Notes: a model not told the origin generated them from the sequence alone. DNA of 64,000 nt from Hemiscyllium ocellatum (GCF_020745735.1 NC_083404.1:11904001-11968000), one strand, 5' to 3'; counted from the stretch's first letter, positions 12,797-26,057 are shown. Numbers and translations: made by a program.

Positions 12797-14814
12797 TTAC
12801 ATATTTTGGGATCTTGTGGTAGAGTGGCAGTGTCCTTAACTCTGAGCCAGGTGACCTGGGATCAAATCACACCTGGTCCAGAGGTCTACTGTAAGCTTTT
12901 CAGATTGATTACAGAAAATATCTATGCATATTGCCAAAGTCATCCCTTATATGGGAAATCTTCCACAAGCATTGAGACTGCTCGTCCACCAGAATGGTAA
13001 GCAGACACAGCTTCTAAGTCTGTCTAGAGTAATAGCCTCCTGGTGTGTAATTGGTAACTGACTTTGTCACTCAAACTGACTTAAGGGAAGGCTTTGGCCT
13101 CTAGTTTAGAGACAGATGGAGCCAAACAACCAGCACGCATAAGCTGTTTATTTTTCTCCAATCTGCCTCTGATAATTCTACAGTGGGGGCCAAATTCTAG
13201 CCACAAGTACTCAAATTATTACAGCAATATTATATGCAAGATTATTTCACGTTTAATATCTAAAGTGAAAGCTTGCATAGATTTATGTATTTGCAGCAGT
13301 AATTAGGTAATCCAGTCCATCTTCCCTGACCTATTTTCATACTATTTTTTTTTCATCTACTTTAGACGTTTACACACTATATGTCTTTCATACTCTCAAC
13401 AACTATGTAAAGAAACCGTACCACTTCGCTCAGTAAGATTTTTTAAAAATCTGTGCAGATTTTTCTTAACCTTCTTTTCTCAATGCAGATAGTTAACACC
13501 ATATCAATTAATTGCAATGGTCTTCTAACAAAGGCTGGTCTGCACACACAGCACACTAATGATAGTATAACCAATACTTTGGAAAAGGGCAAGGTTAAAA
13601 ACTAAGTGCTGAAACACAAAAGAATGAATTTAGCTACAGAAACAGTACCTGAAAAAACAGAAGTAAGGAGATTAATAAAGACACTGATCTAACCCACTGT
13701 AGCAATAATTCTGATGTACGGTGTATAAATTAATCATAGAACATGAAGTGTTCTTAAAAATTGCATCACCTGTAGATTAAATCACTACACTGCTTTCCTA
13801 TTCATTTTGATTCCCTTGTTCTGCTTCAGTTTACGCAATCCAATCCTACTTAGGAACGGCTTTATAAAGCAGACAAGTTCATTCATTCTTAGAGCCAATG
13901 TCACATTAAAAACAGCTTGCCATATCACAGAAAAAACATGCAGCAAAATAAGTAAGTTAAATCGAGAAAATAAATTTCTTAAAAAAAAACATCCAAAATA
14001 CATTTAGAAAAGAAATTAAGAAAAACAACCTATTGGCTAATACATCCTTTCAGCATTCAGTACAAAAACATACTGCTTTGGCCATATCAATATTTAGAAG
14101 TCCCTCAGAGCTCCACTTGGCCATAATAATCGGGTCCACAGGCGTGCCTAACCTGTTCACCCACTAAGAATTTAAGAGAAGGCTGAATTTATTTGGCAGT
14201 AAAACTCAAGTTAATTGTAATATAACCATGAACATTTATTTTATGTACTCTTCGGGATTCAGTGAAATCCAAAAGACGTTGTTGGATGTCAAACAACCAA
14301 TGCACACAGTGATCCAATCAATTCATATGCTACTTTGTGCTAATTATATTGCAATTTTGTAAAAACTAAGCAAGGCATAAAACCAAACCTTAAGAAGTTA
14401 AGAAATCCCATAACAAAAGTCTTTGGCACAATAAATTAATCTCAAGGAAAAATATTAGAGTTAGTCATAGTCTCAATCAACACAGATCATTCTTCTGACT
14501 AATTCACACCAAATGTACAGGCTAAAACTTTGATAGTATGTTCTTCATTTCAAAATATAAAGTTATTGGGTTCTATAAGGGAGTACAGCTAAAGTATGAA
14601 TTTAAACTTGAAGAAAATGTTAAATTTTAATTTTCCCTCAATCCATTACAACGCATTTCAACAAATCTTTTTATGCCAATTACAAAGTCAGAATCTTTGT
14701 AATTTCATACTCCATAATCTCAATTTGAGCTGTGGTTTAAATGGTAAAGGAATCAGACATATCGATTTAAATTTAAATTGCTATAAAAGCAAACAAAGTC
14801 CAAGACAAAAGATT

Positions 14815-14875
14815 ACTGTGTAAATAATTTCTTTATTTAACAGAACACAATGGTAATTTCACAACTGTTGTTTAC
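14815..14875 (-). other. RPL7: RPL7 terminal non-coding exon (3'UTR) with AATAAA at 14837-14832
   Basis: Strong polypyrimidine tract plus tag acceptor at 14877-14876, followed ~40 nt later by AATAAA; 3' end approximate. Confidence 0.75.
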
Positions 14876-16377
14876 CTAGAAGAGAAAAAGAAAAAAAAAG
14901 TTAGAATTTTAAAAAAAATAAACAACAACATTTCTTGGGCTTTTGGACAAAAAGTAGATTGCATTCTATCTGGCAGTGATCTAGAAATCCCTTTTGTCAG
15001 AAATGATCAATTTACACACACATGCTTTTTCATTATTTCCTTCTTTTCTTCCAAAGACGCCAACTTCCTTTCACAAAGGAAAACATTAACTAGAATAAGC
15101 TGCCTTTGCCCTTTAGGATTCCATTAAATCACAAATATTTTCTCCACCTCTGTACTATAAATCAAACAATTTCATGTATCATTCTAACTTGTTTGAAGAC
15201 TTTGAATACATATCTTCTGCAAATGTATTTATACTCATCATTTCACATCCAGGAACATGAAATCTTAATACTCACTAACTTCAATATATTAATAGCTCGA
15301 GGGCATAGACACTGGATATAGGTTTGCTCACTGAGCTGAAAGGTTCTAAGCATAAATACTGCAATTTGATTTGAAATCACCACAGGAATAAATCAAAACT
15401 GTTCATACATTCCCTAACAGAAGAATAAAGTTACAAAAGATCAGTTTAGCTAGAAAAAGAACCCTTACTATATTATTTTATTCATTGCTTCACAGGCATC
15501 ACCTGCACAAAATATCTTGCTACCAATGACATTCTTCTATTATTCATTTTGTACCAGATTCTCTGACATGCAACTGGACCAGAACATACAATTCCTTGTG
15601 GTTACAAAAATTGAAAAATAGGGTTTACATTGCCATTAACTCTTGGTCAAGCAAGTATTAAAAATTCTTACGGAATAAATGTTATAAAGATAGCTTTCAA
15701 TTAAGTGGGACTGCTCATTTCCCTCCAGACTCACTAACAACCACCTACCCTGGATGCTGGTAGGTAGGATACAATATGACAACTCTAGCAATATTGCTGC
15801 TGTTGTTACACTTAGGAGAAAACAAGTTCCTCCCTCATCTCCAAATAACTCAAAGAACATGTTAGTAAGCGAGCCAAAGATTCAACCCAGTCAATGAGAA
15901 TTACAGCCAGATACAGAATAATCCCTTCCCATTCTCTGCTACACCAAATTTGCATCTATTCCCAGAGCTTTGAATGATATTAAAAGATGCCACCTAACAC
16001 AGCTAGCTTAGCTTTTATTGTGCACTTCTTTTAATCGTATAAAACCAACACTTGCTTTAACAATATTTCGAATTGAAATACAGTCATACATTCATTTAGC
16101 TTTCAACACATTTTATTTAGCCTATGTACACTAATTTAAAATTTTTCAGGGCATAGCTGTAGACATGCAGTCCTGCTGTGCAGAGTTCTTCAGAAAATAT
16201 ATGCATTTGAATTTCTTCATCCATCATGTATTCTAGCAATAACCTATCTACATCAAGTTTTATTTGTGACCAGAATAATGTGCCTATTTGTGTTAAGTAT
16301 TAGATTTGCAATTCTTGCTGAAGCATCTTTAATACTCCAGTCATACAGCCCCTTAAAAAAAAAAGCACAGCTTACCT

Positions 16378-16602
<225 letters not shown>

Positions 16603-18087
16603 TCAATAATAATTTGCATTCAATTTATTTAATTACATAATTAAGAGAATTGTACTACAGGAATCTGTTGTCTGCTGTCTACACCTAGTCGAATCCACCC
16701 AGGGTGACTAGCTCCTTTGTCACATGAATGGACAAAATGGATCACACCCCATAAAGAGGGACTAATATTTACTATTTGAATATCATTCCCCACGCAGGAG
16801 AATACCTGCATCTTACTAACTCAATATTAACCTTACACATCTGTAACCCTACACATCTGCACTTCTTGCAGCAATCCAGTTCTCTTGTAGATTCAAATTT
16901 TCTTCTTATCTCAAAGAATCACAGAACTATTACAATGCACAAAGACACTCAGGTCTGCACCAGCTCTGTGAATACCATTCTTCTACCTTTGATCCTTTTA
17001 TAATAACACTTTATCTAAGACAATAAGTTGACAATAATCATATTTTTACATATAAGTACACATAATTAACAAAATGTCACACTTAAGAATCAAATAAATC
17101 CAATCATAATAATCCGTTTTTCCACTACCTCCCTATTCACAACACAGAAAATGCAGATTGGTTGACTACATATAGTGTCAGTTTGTTTCTTTTAAGAAAG
17201 AAATATGTAATTGAATGAGATGTGGCTCAAGTGTTCACAAGATGGATATCTTGAATGAGCAGTTTGTCTTATAGGTTGTCAGATAGGTTGAACAGTCCGG
17301 GCTTGGTTACACTGGCATTTAGAAGATGGGTGAGTTGATTGAAGTATTTAAACTCTTGAATGTTATTGACAAGGTGAATACAGAAATATTTTTTCCTCTT
17401 GTAAATAAGCAAGAGGCACTGTTTACAAACTGGGATTGCTCTTTTAGCACAGAGGTGTGAAGACAATTTTTCTTACATAAGTTGGAGACACTTTGGAACT
17501 CCCTTACAAGGTGGGGTCATTGAATATCTTAAGGTGAAATGTGCTATTTGTTAGCTAAGGGAATGGAAAATTGGAATTTAAAAGACAAACAGTTCAACAC
17601 ACTAATAACTAGCAGATAAGGCTAAAAAGGGGCCAAATGGCTTACTTCTGTTTCTAATTCAAACGTTAAGTCTGCAAGCATGTCACCAGACTTCCTTTTA
17701 ATTTTATATATTCCATTCATACCCTTGGTCTCCTGCAGTGTTCCAACAAAATTCACAACAAGCTTAAGCAACAGTATTTACATTTGTTTGGTTAGGTGAT
17801 CTGCGGTCTTCATGACAACAATTTAGAGCCTTAATCCTAGTCCCTTTCTTTGCAGGTGAGAGTTTTAGTTTCTTTTTGCTTTCATCGTCGCAGCTGCTGT
17901 TCATCATTTCACCATTCGCATCTCAGCAAACAAGTTTCTGTCTGTACATGTCTTATTACCATTGCCCTATACCAAATTTTTAATGTAATATTTCCCAAGT
18001 TCCATTCTATCAATTTTCTTTTCTTATTGGCTTGAAACCTACTAAATTTGATTGCAAAAATACAAGTCTTGCAAGAATGGTAGAAGG

Positions 18088-18214
18088 AGAAAGTGAGGTC
18101 TGCAGATGCTGGAGATTAGAGCTGAAAACGTGTTGCTGGAAAAGTGCAGCAGGTCAGGCAGCATCCAAGGAACAGGAGATTCGACGTTTCGGGCATAAGC
18201 CCTTCTTCAGGAAT
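18088..18214 (-). mobile_element. Solo Penelope family A terminal-repeat unit with 13-bp TSD (GAATGGTAGAAGG)
   Basis: Matches 57186-57296; direct repeats at 18075-18087 and 18211-18223. Confidence 0.85.
18179..18214 (-). ncRNA. Minimal type-I hammerhead ribozyme motif, intact core
   Basis: AUUC-CUGAAGA-A-GGGC(UUAU)GCCC-GAAA-C-GUC-GAAU; stem I AUUC/GAAU, palindromic ACGU helix III. Confidence 0.75.
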
Positions 18215-19904
18215 GGTAGAAGGTATTGGTAAAACCACTGCTAGAGTACTGTGTATAGTTTTAGTTTTCTTACTTAATGAATGCTGATAATTGTAACAAA
18301 AGTCATTCAAAGAAGCTTCACCAGGCTGATTTCTGGAACAAAGGTGTTATCTAATGAACAAAAATTGCACAGGCTGGGCATATTCTCATTTGTGTTAAGA
18401 ATGAGAAACATATTATTAAAACATTAAAGAGGCTTGACAGCATAGTTACTTAAGATCGTGAAGATGAATCATACTACATTCAAAACACTAACTATTTCTC
18501 TCACCAGAGATGCTGTCAGACCTGTTGAGTTTCTCCAACACATGCAGTATTTTGATTTCAAATGCCAAGAAGATACTTCCCCTTGTGGGGGATCTAATAA
18601 CTGGGGTAACAAATAGATTGGCATTTGTGAAAAAAGATTAGGAATTTCTTCTTTCTGAGTCATTAATCTTTGGAATGCTCTTTCAGAGGAAGATTGGAGA
18701 CTGGATCAGTAAATGTATTTCAAGGCTGCGTAACAGATTTTTGATATGGGAGTCAAGCAAGTAGTCAAGCAAGTGCAGTTTGATTCACCATCAGATCAGT
18801 CATGAACTATGGACAATATCCGTATGCAAAACAGCCATTACTGCTAGGTTGAAATCATGAAATTCCCTTGCTACCAGCACTACGGATGTTCCTGCACCCC
18901 AAGACAAAACTATAGGCAGCACACAAACCAGATAACTCTGGAAGGCAAACCAGCCCACCTTGCAATGGACAGCCCTATCTGTTTATCAGACTATCATTAA
19001 AAATGGTGTCTGACTTTATTTCAATATAGTTAGCAGTTCAATATGATTTCTGTTCCTTTGCTGCACCTTGGGCTGTTCAATTATTAACTGACAATTCAAG
19101 TAAAATCATCAATAAATAAATACTCATGCAGGATAGAGTTGACAACTACTTTTAGTTAGCAGTACATGAAGAACTAGTAATAGACATTTTCCTAACAAGT
19201 GTGTGGTAAACTACCAGTAGGCTGGCCAGTCATTTACACTGGACTTCATGCGGTTTTTAATCATCAACTTGCAAAGAAAAAAAACTGTTCCATGACAATC
19301 CCAACATATTCCTGGCTAGTCTGTGAAGTGTTATGTCTTACCTTTACTCTGCTTATCCATCAAATATACATGCTATATTCATTGGTTCAGTCAACAAAGA
19401 CTGGATTTTATTCTTCTTGTTTTTGTTCAAAAGCCTTTATACCCTCACCCCTCCATATCTCTGGTCTTCTTTAGCACTGCTTCACATCACCTATGATATC
19501 TGAGACCAATCGATTCTGCTCATATCCAGCATCTGCAGCCCTCACTTTCTCCCTCCGGATTCCGTCCTCTTCGGCTTTCTTGATTATAGAAGTTTCATCA
19601 CTAATGGCCATGCCTTCAGCTGCCTAGTCCTCAGCTCTGGATTTCCTTTCCTAAACCTCTCTGACTCCCCTTGAGGTGCTGCTTAAAAACCAACTTTTTG
19701 ACCAAGCATTTGGCCATTTGCAATGATATCACCTGAAGTAACTCGACCTCTAATTTTGCTTTAAATAAACACTAAGCACTTTAGGACATTTATACTAATA
19801 CACCATATAAGTTTTTATCGTGTTCTAATGATAATGTTTGGTATTACAAAACCAAAACCTAGCCTGTGTTGGAGACCATGAAACTTCTTTCCATGAAAAA
19901 TGTT

Positions 19905-20270
19905 TATGTTACTGGATTAGTAATCCAGAAGCCCAGAATAATGATCCAGAAACATGTTCAAATCCAATCACATGTGCCTGAGGAATTTAAATTCAATTAT
20001 TTCTATCTGGAATTTAAAAAAAACTAGCAATAGTGGCCATTAAATAGCAGATTGTGATGAAACTCCCAAGACGTTCATCAATATCCTTTCAAAAGGATGA
20101 TCTGCCATCTTTACTACTCTAAGCCCTCTGCAATGTGTGCTACAGCCTTTTGAACTGGCTAAGCAGGTCGCTCAGTTATATTCAAACATCTCACCACTTT
20201 CTCAAGGGCAATTAAGAGAGCTAATAAATGCTGATCTTGCCAATGATACATGGACCCTCAAATAAATTTT
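19905..20270 (+). mobile_element. SacSINE1/Deu-domain-like SINE (other copies ~9370-9600 on -, 52055-52410, 54840-55230, 62765-63057 on +)
   Basis: Shared GTTCAAATCC..GGAATTTAAATTCAA..TCACTAATG.CCTT..GGGCAATTAGGG..ATAAATGCTG blocks between copies; family name from recall. Confidence 0.5.
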
Positions 20271-20670
20271 AAAACACTCAGATGGCAAGAATGGAAACTT
20301 ATGACCGTAAAAGATAGTTGAAAAGAAAACAAGTTGCATCAAACGAGCTAGAGAAGCATAAAAGAAAAAGGAACAGCAGTATATGCTGATGGCATTTAGG
20401 GCAAGTTCACGTGGGACAATAGAAAGCCTTATACAGTGCTTTTCCAGGAGCAGACATCTCAAAGTGCTCTGAACTGTAGTCACTATCTTAACTTAGTAAT
20501 GGTAGCAAACAGCATTCTGAAAATTACCCGTAGTTGGAAATATCATGAGTTAGCGTAGTGGTAAGAATACCAGAAAGATGAAAAGCTACAATAATAAAAA
20601 TTGCTTGCATAAAATTCGAGCATCCATAATATCAAGCTAAACCAGTACTGACAAGTTTAAATAATATTAC

Positions 20671-20780
20671 CCAGTTTCTTTTCAATTAATGAGTTGTCAG
20701 TGAGAGCAATGCGCCGTTGTTTAATCTTCCCAAAGCCACGTTTGTAGATCAATTCACGGACAGATTTCAAATTTGGATAT
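20671..20780 (-). CDS. RPL7: RPL7 coding exon 5 ([37 protein letters not shown])
   Basis: tag acceptor and gtaata donor, 110 nt; YPNLKSV.ELIYKRG motif. Confidence 0.97.
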
Positions 20781-22120
20781 CTATAAAATTAATACAAGCA
20801 ATAAGGTTTATTTAAATGTTAATATCACAAGACATGCCTCCCCCTGAGTTAAATTCCAAATCTATATACTAATGAATCTACAAAGCACTGATGGTCTCAA
20901 TCAACACATAGTTCTGTGATTAGTTAACATTGACATATTCAACCCTTTGCTGATAGCAAATTGACCAAAATTCTTATCAGATTTGAGGAGTGTTTCAGAG
21001 GTGCCACTTCAATACAACTGTATGCTATAAAGCATTTTGCAATGTTTAACAAAAAAAGGCTTAATAATTTAATCTATGAAGCATAGCAAATGTTCAAATT
21101 ATATTTTTATATATGATCTATTTTCTCTTGTTCATTGTTTCTCAATTGAATTTCTGTTCTAGCACAATCAGATTCTCCCCAACAGATCAACATGCTACAT
21201 AGATTTTTGCCACAGGAGGATGAGGTAAGAAAATTAATGTGAGAAAAAGAAAGAAAGAGCGAGTCAGAACAAAAATTTACCAACACTTTTTAAAACTTCA
21301 GAGTGCCCGCAACTGCTTCACTATTGTATCTGTATGCCTGCCCACTTCTGGGATCCCATCCACATTCAAGTGTCAATAGAGGGACAGCATGCGGAGTCCA
21401 CCAGCATGGTTGGACCTGGGGGGCTGGATCCATCAGCACACTTGGAAATTATGCTTTCATTAAGTACGTTTCCTTTATAAATTTCCATCCTACCAAGGTG
21501 CATCCATACCACTGTTCATTTTAAAGAACAGAATTATAATCCAAGAATGGTTGATGTATTTATAACACAATAGTGATGAATCCACAACGCTCTGATTCAG
21601 AATTAATGGTATTACTTTGAGTCAAGACTGACACCCGTGACACAAACCAACAATTTCAGCACCATAGCAAGATGAGACCGAATAAAACAGCATGGTTCCT
21701 TACTTATTCAGCACATTTGTGAAAATTTGGTTGGTAAACAGTCAGACTCAGCTGTTTGATAGCAGAGGCCAATGAATGGCACATGGCACAATGATAGTCA
21801 GATTGCCAAAGTACTCGGTGGTGAACATGCATAATGTTAACCTTGAGGAAACTATTTTAATTGTAAATGTAAAGAAAATTGTGCGTTATGTAGTCAGAAA
21901 ACTAGAAACCTTTCCAATGAAATGGCTAAAAATTAGAAGCAACAAAACAGAAATGTATGATTATTTGTAATCCAGCAATGCATGACTGCTTGTAGCATCG
22001 TATAACATAACAAAGCACCAAATGCATCTATTCAGAAAATATCATACCTGGTTTCACATTGACATCATGCTATATTTCATTTTTAAACTAAAACACAATT
22101 TCAATTTTGTTCATTGCTTA

Positions 22121-22336
<216 letters not shown>

Positions 22337-22447
22337 TTATTTACGGTTTGTAATAATTTGAAAAATGATCGCACACTTTTACATTGATAAAATTTTTATC
22401 ATTCACCCATAACCACAATAAATAACTAAGTATGCATTTAAACTTAC

Positions 22448-22614
22448 CCCCTAATACGGATCACAAAAGCTAGCCTGGGTTCCGCAGGGACGTAGTAATT
22501 ATTAGCTTTACGTGCCATTCTGGCAAGGCGGATTTCACGTCTGTACATTTGTCTGTACTCCTTGTGGTAACTTTCAGCCCTCTTGTAGATTAGTTTTCTC
22601 TTCTCTCTATTTAT
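22448..22614 (-). CDS. RPL7: RPL7 coding exon 3 ([56 protein letters not shown])
   Basis: aag acceptor and gtaagt donor, 167 nt; YHKEY and [14 protein letters not shown] are L7 signatures. Confidence 0.97.
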
Positions 22615-22794
22615 CTTTAAAAATATACTTTTCTTAAAAACTGTAATAAATACATGGCTTAGGCTGTTTTACTTCTGTAATATGATCAACAATTATTCCA
22701 TTATTACATTTTCCTCAACCCTCAGAAAACCTAACCCTTAAAATATTGAAGGCAAATATATACAAGTTTTCATATTAATACAGTTTATAATAAG

Positions 22795-23720
22795 TTCAGA
22801 AGGCAAATGCAATGTTAGCATTTATTTTAAGACTGCGAGAATGCAAATCTAGGAATATATTACAGTGCTGAAAATGTGTTGCTGGAAAAGTGCAGCAGTC
22901 AGGCAGCATCCAAGGAGCAGGAGAATCGACGTTTCGGGCATGAGCCCTTTCAGGAATGAGGAAAGTGTGTCCAGCAGGCTAAGATAAAAGGTAGGGAGGA
23001 GGGGCGTTGGAAATGCGATAGGTGGAAGGAGGTCAAGGTGAGGTTGATAGGCTGGAGTGGGGGTGGGGCGGAGAGGTCAGGAAGAAGATTGCAGGTTAGG
23101 AAGGTGGTGCTGAGTTTGAGGGATTTGACTTGACAAGGTGGGGGAAGGGGAAATGAGGAAACTGGAGAAATCTAAGTTCATCCCTTGTGGTTGGAGATAT
23201 ATTACAACACCTAAATAAGAGTCTGGTCAAATGCATTTGGAACACTGAGCAGTTTTGGGTCCCATATCCATGGAAGCATGTGTTGGCTTTGGAGGGAGTC
23301 CAGAGCATGTTTACAAGAATGGCTTGATTTAGGTGGAGCAGTTGAAAACTCAGAGTCTGTACTCAATGGAGTTTAGAAGAATGAGGGGGAATCGGATTGA
23401 AACTTTCTGGAGATGGAGAAAATTTTGCCACATAGGAGACAGCGAACCTCAGAAGAAAGAGCCAACCCTTTAGAACTGAGATAAGGAGGAATTTCAGCCA
23501 GAGCATGGTGAATCTGATGAACTCATTGACACAGAAGCCTGTGAAGGCAAAGTCAATGAGTATATTTAAGACAGAAATACATAGGTTCTTCATTAGTAAA
23601 GGGATCAAAGATTATGGGGAGAAGGCAGGAGAATGAGGTTGAGAAACATATCAGGCATGATCAAATTGCAGAGCAGGCTCGATTGGCTGAATAGTCTAAT
23701 CCTACTCCGATGTCTTATGT
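22795..23720 (+). mobile_element. CR1-like LINE 3' remnant (split by the Penelope fragment)
   Basis: AAGGCAAATGCAATGTTAGCATT, CAGTTTTGG, TTTAGAAGAATGAGGGGG blocks and a CR1-type 3' tail. Confidence 0.7.
22865..23196 (-). mobile_element. Penelope family A 3' fragment inserted into a CR1 remnant, 10-bp TSD ATATATTACA
   Basis: Homologous to 57218-57530; TSD at 22855-22864 and 23197-23206; hammerhead core carries a deletion. Confidence 0.8.
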
Positions 23721-23779
23721 AAATTAAGATCTACATTGTATGCAAAACTACATCATCATTCACTATACACTTAAGATGT

Positions 23780-24087
23780 TAGAATCATATAATCCCTAGT
23801 GTGAGTCCACGGTGACCCTATGAAGTACACCCGACCCACAGCCAACCACCTTCCAACCTATCCTTGCATTTGCCATGGTAAGGCATCTAGCTTTCACACC
23901 TCGGGACATTATGGGCAATTCAGCATGGCTAATCCAACTAACCTGCACATTTAGGGACTGGGGGAAAAGCCACACAGACACAGACAGAATGTGCAAACTC
24001 CACAAAATCAGCCGACGCTGGAACTGAACACAGGTCTCTAGTTCTATGAGGCAGCTGTACTAACCACTGAACCACTGTGCTGCCACT
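23780..24087 (-). mobile_element. Degenerate HE1-like V-SINE
   Basis: Diverged head and core. Confidence 0.65.
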
Positions 24088-24825
24088 TCCCCCTGTCCCT
24101 CTATGATCTCACTGAATAGCAAGAGACAAGAAAATTGCAGATGCTGGAATCTAAAATAGACAAGCAGGAGGATAGAACTAAACAAGCCAGGCAGCATCAG
24201 GAGGTGGAGAATTCAACGTGTCAAGCATAACCCTTCTTCAGGCAAATGGTGACTTCTCCATTTCCTAATACTGCCTTACTTGTTATGTTCTTCCAGCCTT
24301 CTGTTTGTCTACTTATTGAATAGCAAAGCAATCTAAAGGAGCCAAGTGGTCAATTCTGGCTCCCACTTCATATGGGCAATTGCTCCCTAGTGACCCACAG
24401 CTGGAGGCTTTGCAACTGAACAATTTGTTTATAATGCGTAACAACTGCAGTTAAAATAACCCTCCACAAGGATGCAATCTTCTGACTCTAAATTGCTGTC
24501 GTACATATAATTTACCAAGAATATAGATAATCCTTTTGGTATGTTACTATATTGGGAAGATGCTGAATAAAAGATTACTTCTACAGAAGATGAACATAAT
24601 CAATGAGTAAAGAACATTATATAAGTTTATGGTGACATTTATTCTTCCATAACAAATGGAGAAAACCCAAGAACTGTCAGGAAATCAGAAACAAAACACA
24701 AGTTGCTGGAAAAAGTCAGCAGGTCTGACAGCAGCACAGAAGGGTCACTTGATGCAAAACATTGACTCTGCTTTCTCTCCAAAGATGATGCCAGACTTTG
24801 TCCCAGAACATGTGCTTTTATTTAG

Positions 24826-25307
24826 TTAAAAATCACACAACACCACGTTATAGTCCAACAGGTTTAATTGGAAGCACACTAGTGGGTGACACAGTGGTTA
24901 GCACTGCTGCCTCACAGCGCCAGAGACCCAGGTTCAATTCCCAACTCAGGCGACTGACTGTGTGGAGTCTCCCCGTGTCTGCGTGGGTTTCCTCCGGGTG
25001 CTCCGGTTTCCTCCCACAGTCCAATGAGGTGAATTGGCTATGCTAAATTACACGTAGTGTTAGGTAAGGGGTAAATGTAGGGGTATGGGTGGGTTGCGCT
25101 TCGGTATGGACTTGTAGGGCCAAAGGTGTTTCCACACTAAGTAATCTAATCTAATCTTTTGAAGCACTGCTCCTTCATCAACCACCTGATGGAGGAGCGG
25201 CGCTCTGAAAGCTAGTGTGCTTCCAATTAAACTTATTGGATTATAACCTAGTGTTGTGTGATTTTTAACTTTGTACACCTCAGTCCAACACTGGCATCTC
25301 CAAGTCA
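24826..25307 (+). mobile_element. Palindromic non-autonomous Penelope family B unit (inverted pLTR plus pLTR plus tail), 13-bp TSD, interrupted by a SINE
   Basis: Arms TTAAAAATCACACAACACC... and ...GTGTTGTGTGATTTTTAAC; TSD TGCTTTTATTTAG at 24813-24825 and 25308-25320. Confidence 0.85.
24884..25156 (+). mobile_element. HE1-like V-SINE nested in the palindromic unit
   Basis: Head, core and (TCTAA)n tail with internal deletions. Confidence 0.85.
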
Positions 25308-25448
25308 TGCTTTTATTTAGTCCTTGGTATCGGACGTCAGCACAAATGTTTCCACCATTAAGTGAGTATGCAGAACAATTAAATTTCTAACTTCATAATC
25401 ATAATTGAAACACACTGTTAGTCCAGTAGGTTGAAATGTTTCTCAAAC

Positions 25449-25551
25449 CTTCTTTTCTATTAACAAACGCTTGATGCGCTTGGCCTTCATTAGTGCAAAC
25501 GCCTGGCGCTTTTTCAAAAGGCTTTCAGGCACAGATGGCACTTTCTTCTCT
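25449..25551 (-). CDS. RPL7: RPL7 coding exon 2 (KEKKVPSVPESLLKKRQAFALMKAKRIKRLLIEKK)
   Basis: cag acceptor and gtttga donor, 103 nt; typical L7 N-terminal VPE.LLKKR motif. Confidence 0.95.
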
Positions 25552-26043
25552 CTGGTTAAAACAAGACAGATGGAGGTGGAGAGTTAATCTATCATAAATC
25601 TCAAAACTGAATTTTATCTCAGTACTCTCAATGTAATAGAAGTGTTAAACAATGCGTTTACATCCTGATGCAGCAGCAATCGAAAACTATTTTCGCCCTG
25701 TTAGGCCACAGTCTGACAATTTAGACGCAAAACAAACAATTTTTAAAAAGTGGATAAGCCAGTTGCAACAAAATATGTTTACTTTTTTAAATTCGAAGAT
25801 CTTAATAGTTGATCAGGTTGCTCAAATCTTTTATAATAATTCAAAGCTTCAACAAGGCTCAGTGCAAAACTCCGAACCGAGACGCATCACAACACTGCGT
25901 CCAAACCAACTATCTTCAAGATATAATTGGTAAAATACGTGCATGGCTCATCACACGCAGCAATCCTGCCAGAAAACTACAGCAAAAACTGAGATTTATC
26001 TAAGGATGGATTCGGATTTTAAAAAGCTTCACGACACACTCAC

Positions 26044-26057
26044 TTCGTCTCCGCCAT
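26044..26057 (-). CDS. RPL7: 60S ribosomal protein L7 (uL30), coding exon 1 (MAET, phase 2)
   Basis: ATGGCGGAGACGAA followed by donor gtgagt; directly downstream of a polypyrimidine TOP tract; splices in frame to exon 2. Confidence 0.92.

Noticed and set aside
21571-21600. C/D-box-like GTGATGA...CTGA
   Set aside because: Only ~23 nt long and on the strand opposite to RPL7 transcription.
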